NCBI RefSeq assembly: GCF_037902255.1
Contig: NZ_CP147990.1
Location: 2,220,001-2,252,000, forward strand
Length of the DNA stretch: 32,000 nucleotides
Source: Candidatus Electrothrix sp. GW3-4
GTDB taxonomy: Bacteria; Desulfobacterota; Desulfobulbia; Desulfobulbales; Desulfobulbaceae
Direction of reading: 5' to 3'
The notes beneath the pieces are model-generated. The model made no database searches and was not told the DNA's origin. It saw only the letters and a program-made list of their open reading frames with translations. Positions 31,966-32,000 of this stretch are shown piece by piece. The stretch's first letter is position 1, and every line of letters begins with the position of its first letter. The position numbers and the translations under genes were made by a program.

Positions 31966-32000
31966 ATGAGCAAAATGACAGAAGCAAAAAAACGAGATTT
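31966..32000 (+). CDS. 5' end of an ORF running off the right edge (MSKMTEAKKRD...)
   Basis: ATG at 31966 opens a frame that stays open to the window end. It is too short to identify. It might be where the liv ATPase genes resume, but that is a guess. Confidence 0.25.
   Translation, partial: MSKMTEAKKRD

Overview
This 32-kb window looks like a Desulfobacterota-type chromosome, but that assignment is only a guess from gene content. Short housekeeping blocks alternate with accessory or conflict-type genes and decayed DNA. The housekeeping genes are nhaA, leuB/prs-like/asd, rsmG, xseA, livM and a hybrid histidine kinase.

The accessory content includes:
- two caspase-fold proteins: a partial CHAT-like gene at the left edge, which is absent from the supplied ORF track, and an exported caspase-FGE/SUMF1 fusion;
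- two Fic proteins with different autoinhibition classes;
- four PD-(D/E)xK-type nuclease-fold proteins;
- a large secreted protein with thrombospondin-type-3 and beta-helix repeats, lying in an AT-richer island;
- a multiply frameshifted IS200/RAYT-like Y1 transposase pseudogene, also absent from the track;
- a truncated membrane-protein remnant;
- at least two families of hairpin-rich intergenic repeats.

The best candidate for an undescribed system is the tightly coupled three-gene operon at 20210-23585. It encodes an unknown coiled-coil protein, a 2-TM TPR-like protein and a signal-peptide caspase-FGE fusion, and it is flanked on both sides by about 700 bp of non-coding or decayed sequence.

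Other points worth a second look:
- a near-consensus Fur box in front of a small secreted Cys-containing protein;
- a bipartite REP-like element present twice, with compensatory stem changes;
- an about 2.4-kb accessory gene block directly after an orphan livM, containing a split Rpn-like (PD-(D/E)xK plus DUF4351-like) gene pair.

All functional calls come from motif recognition by eye. No database search was run.
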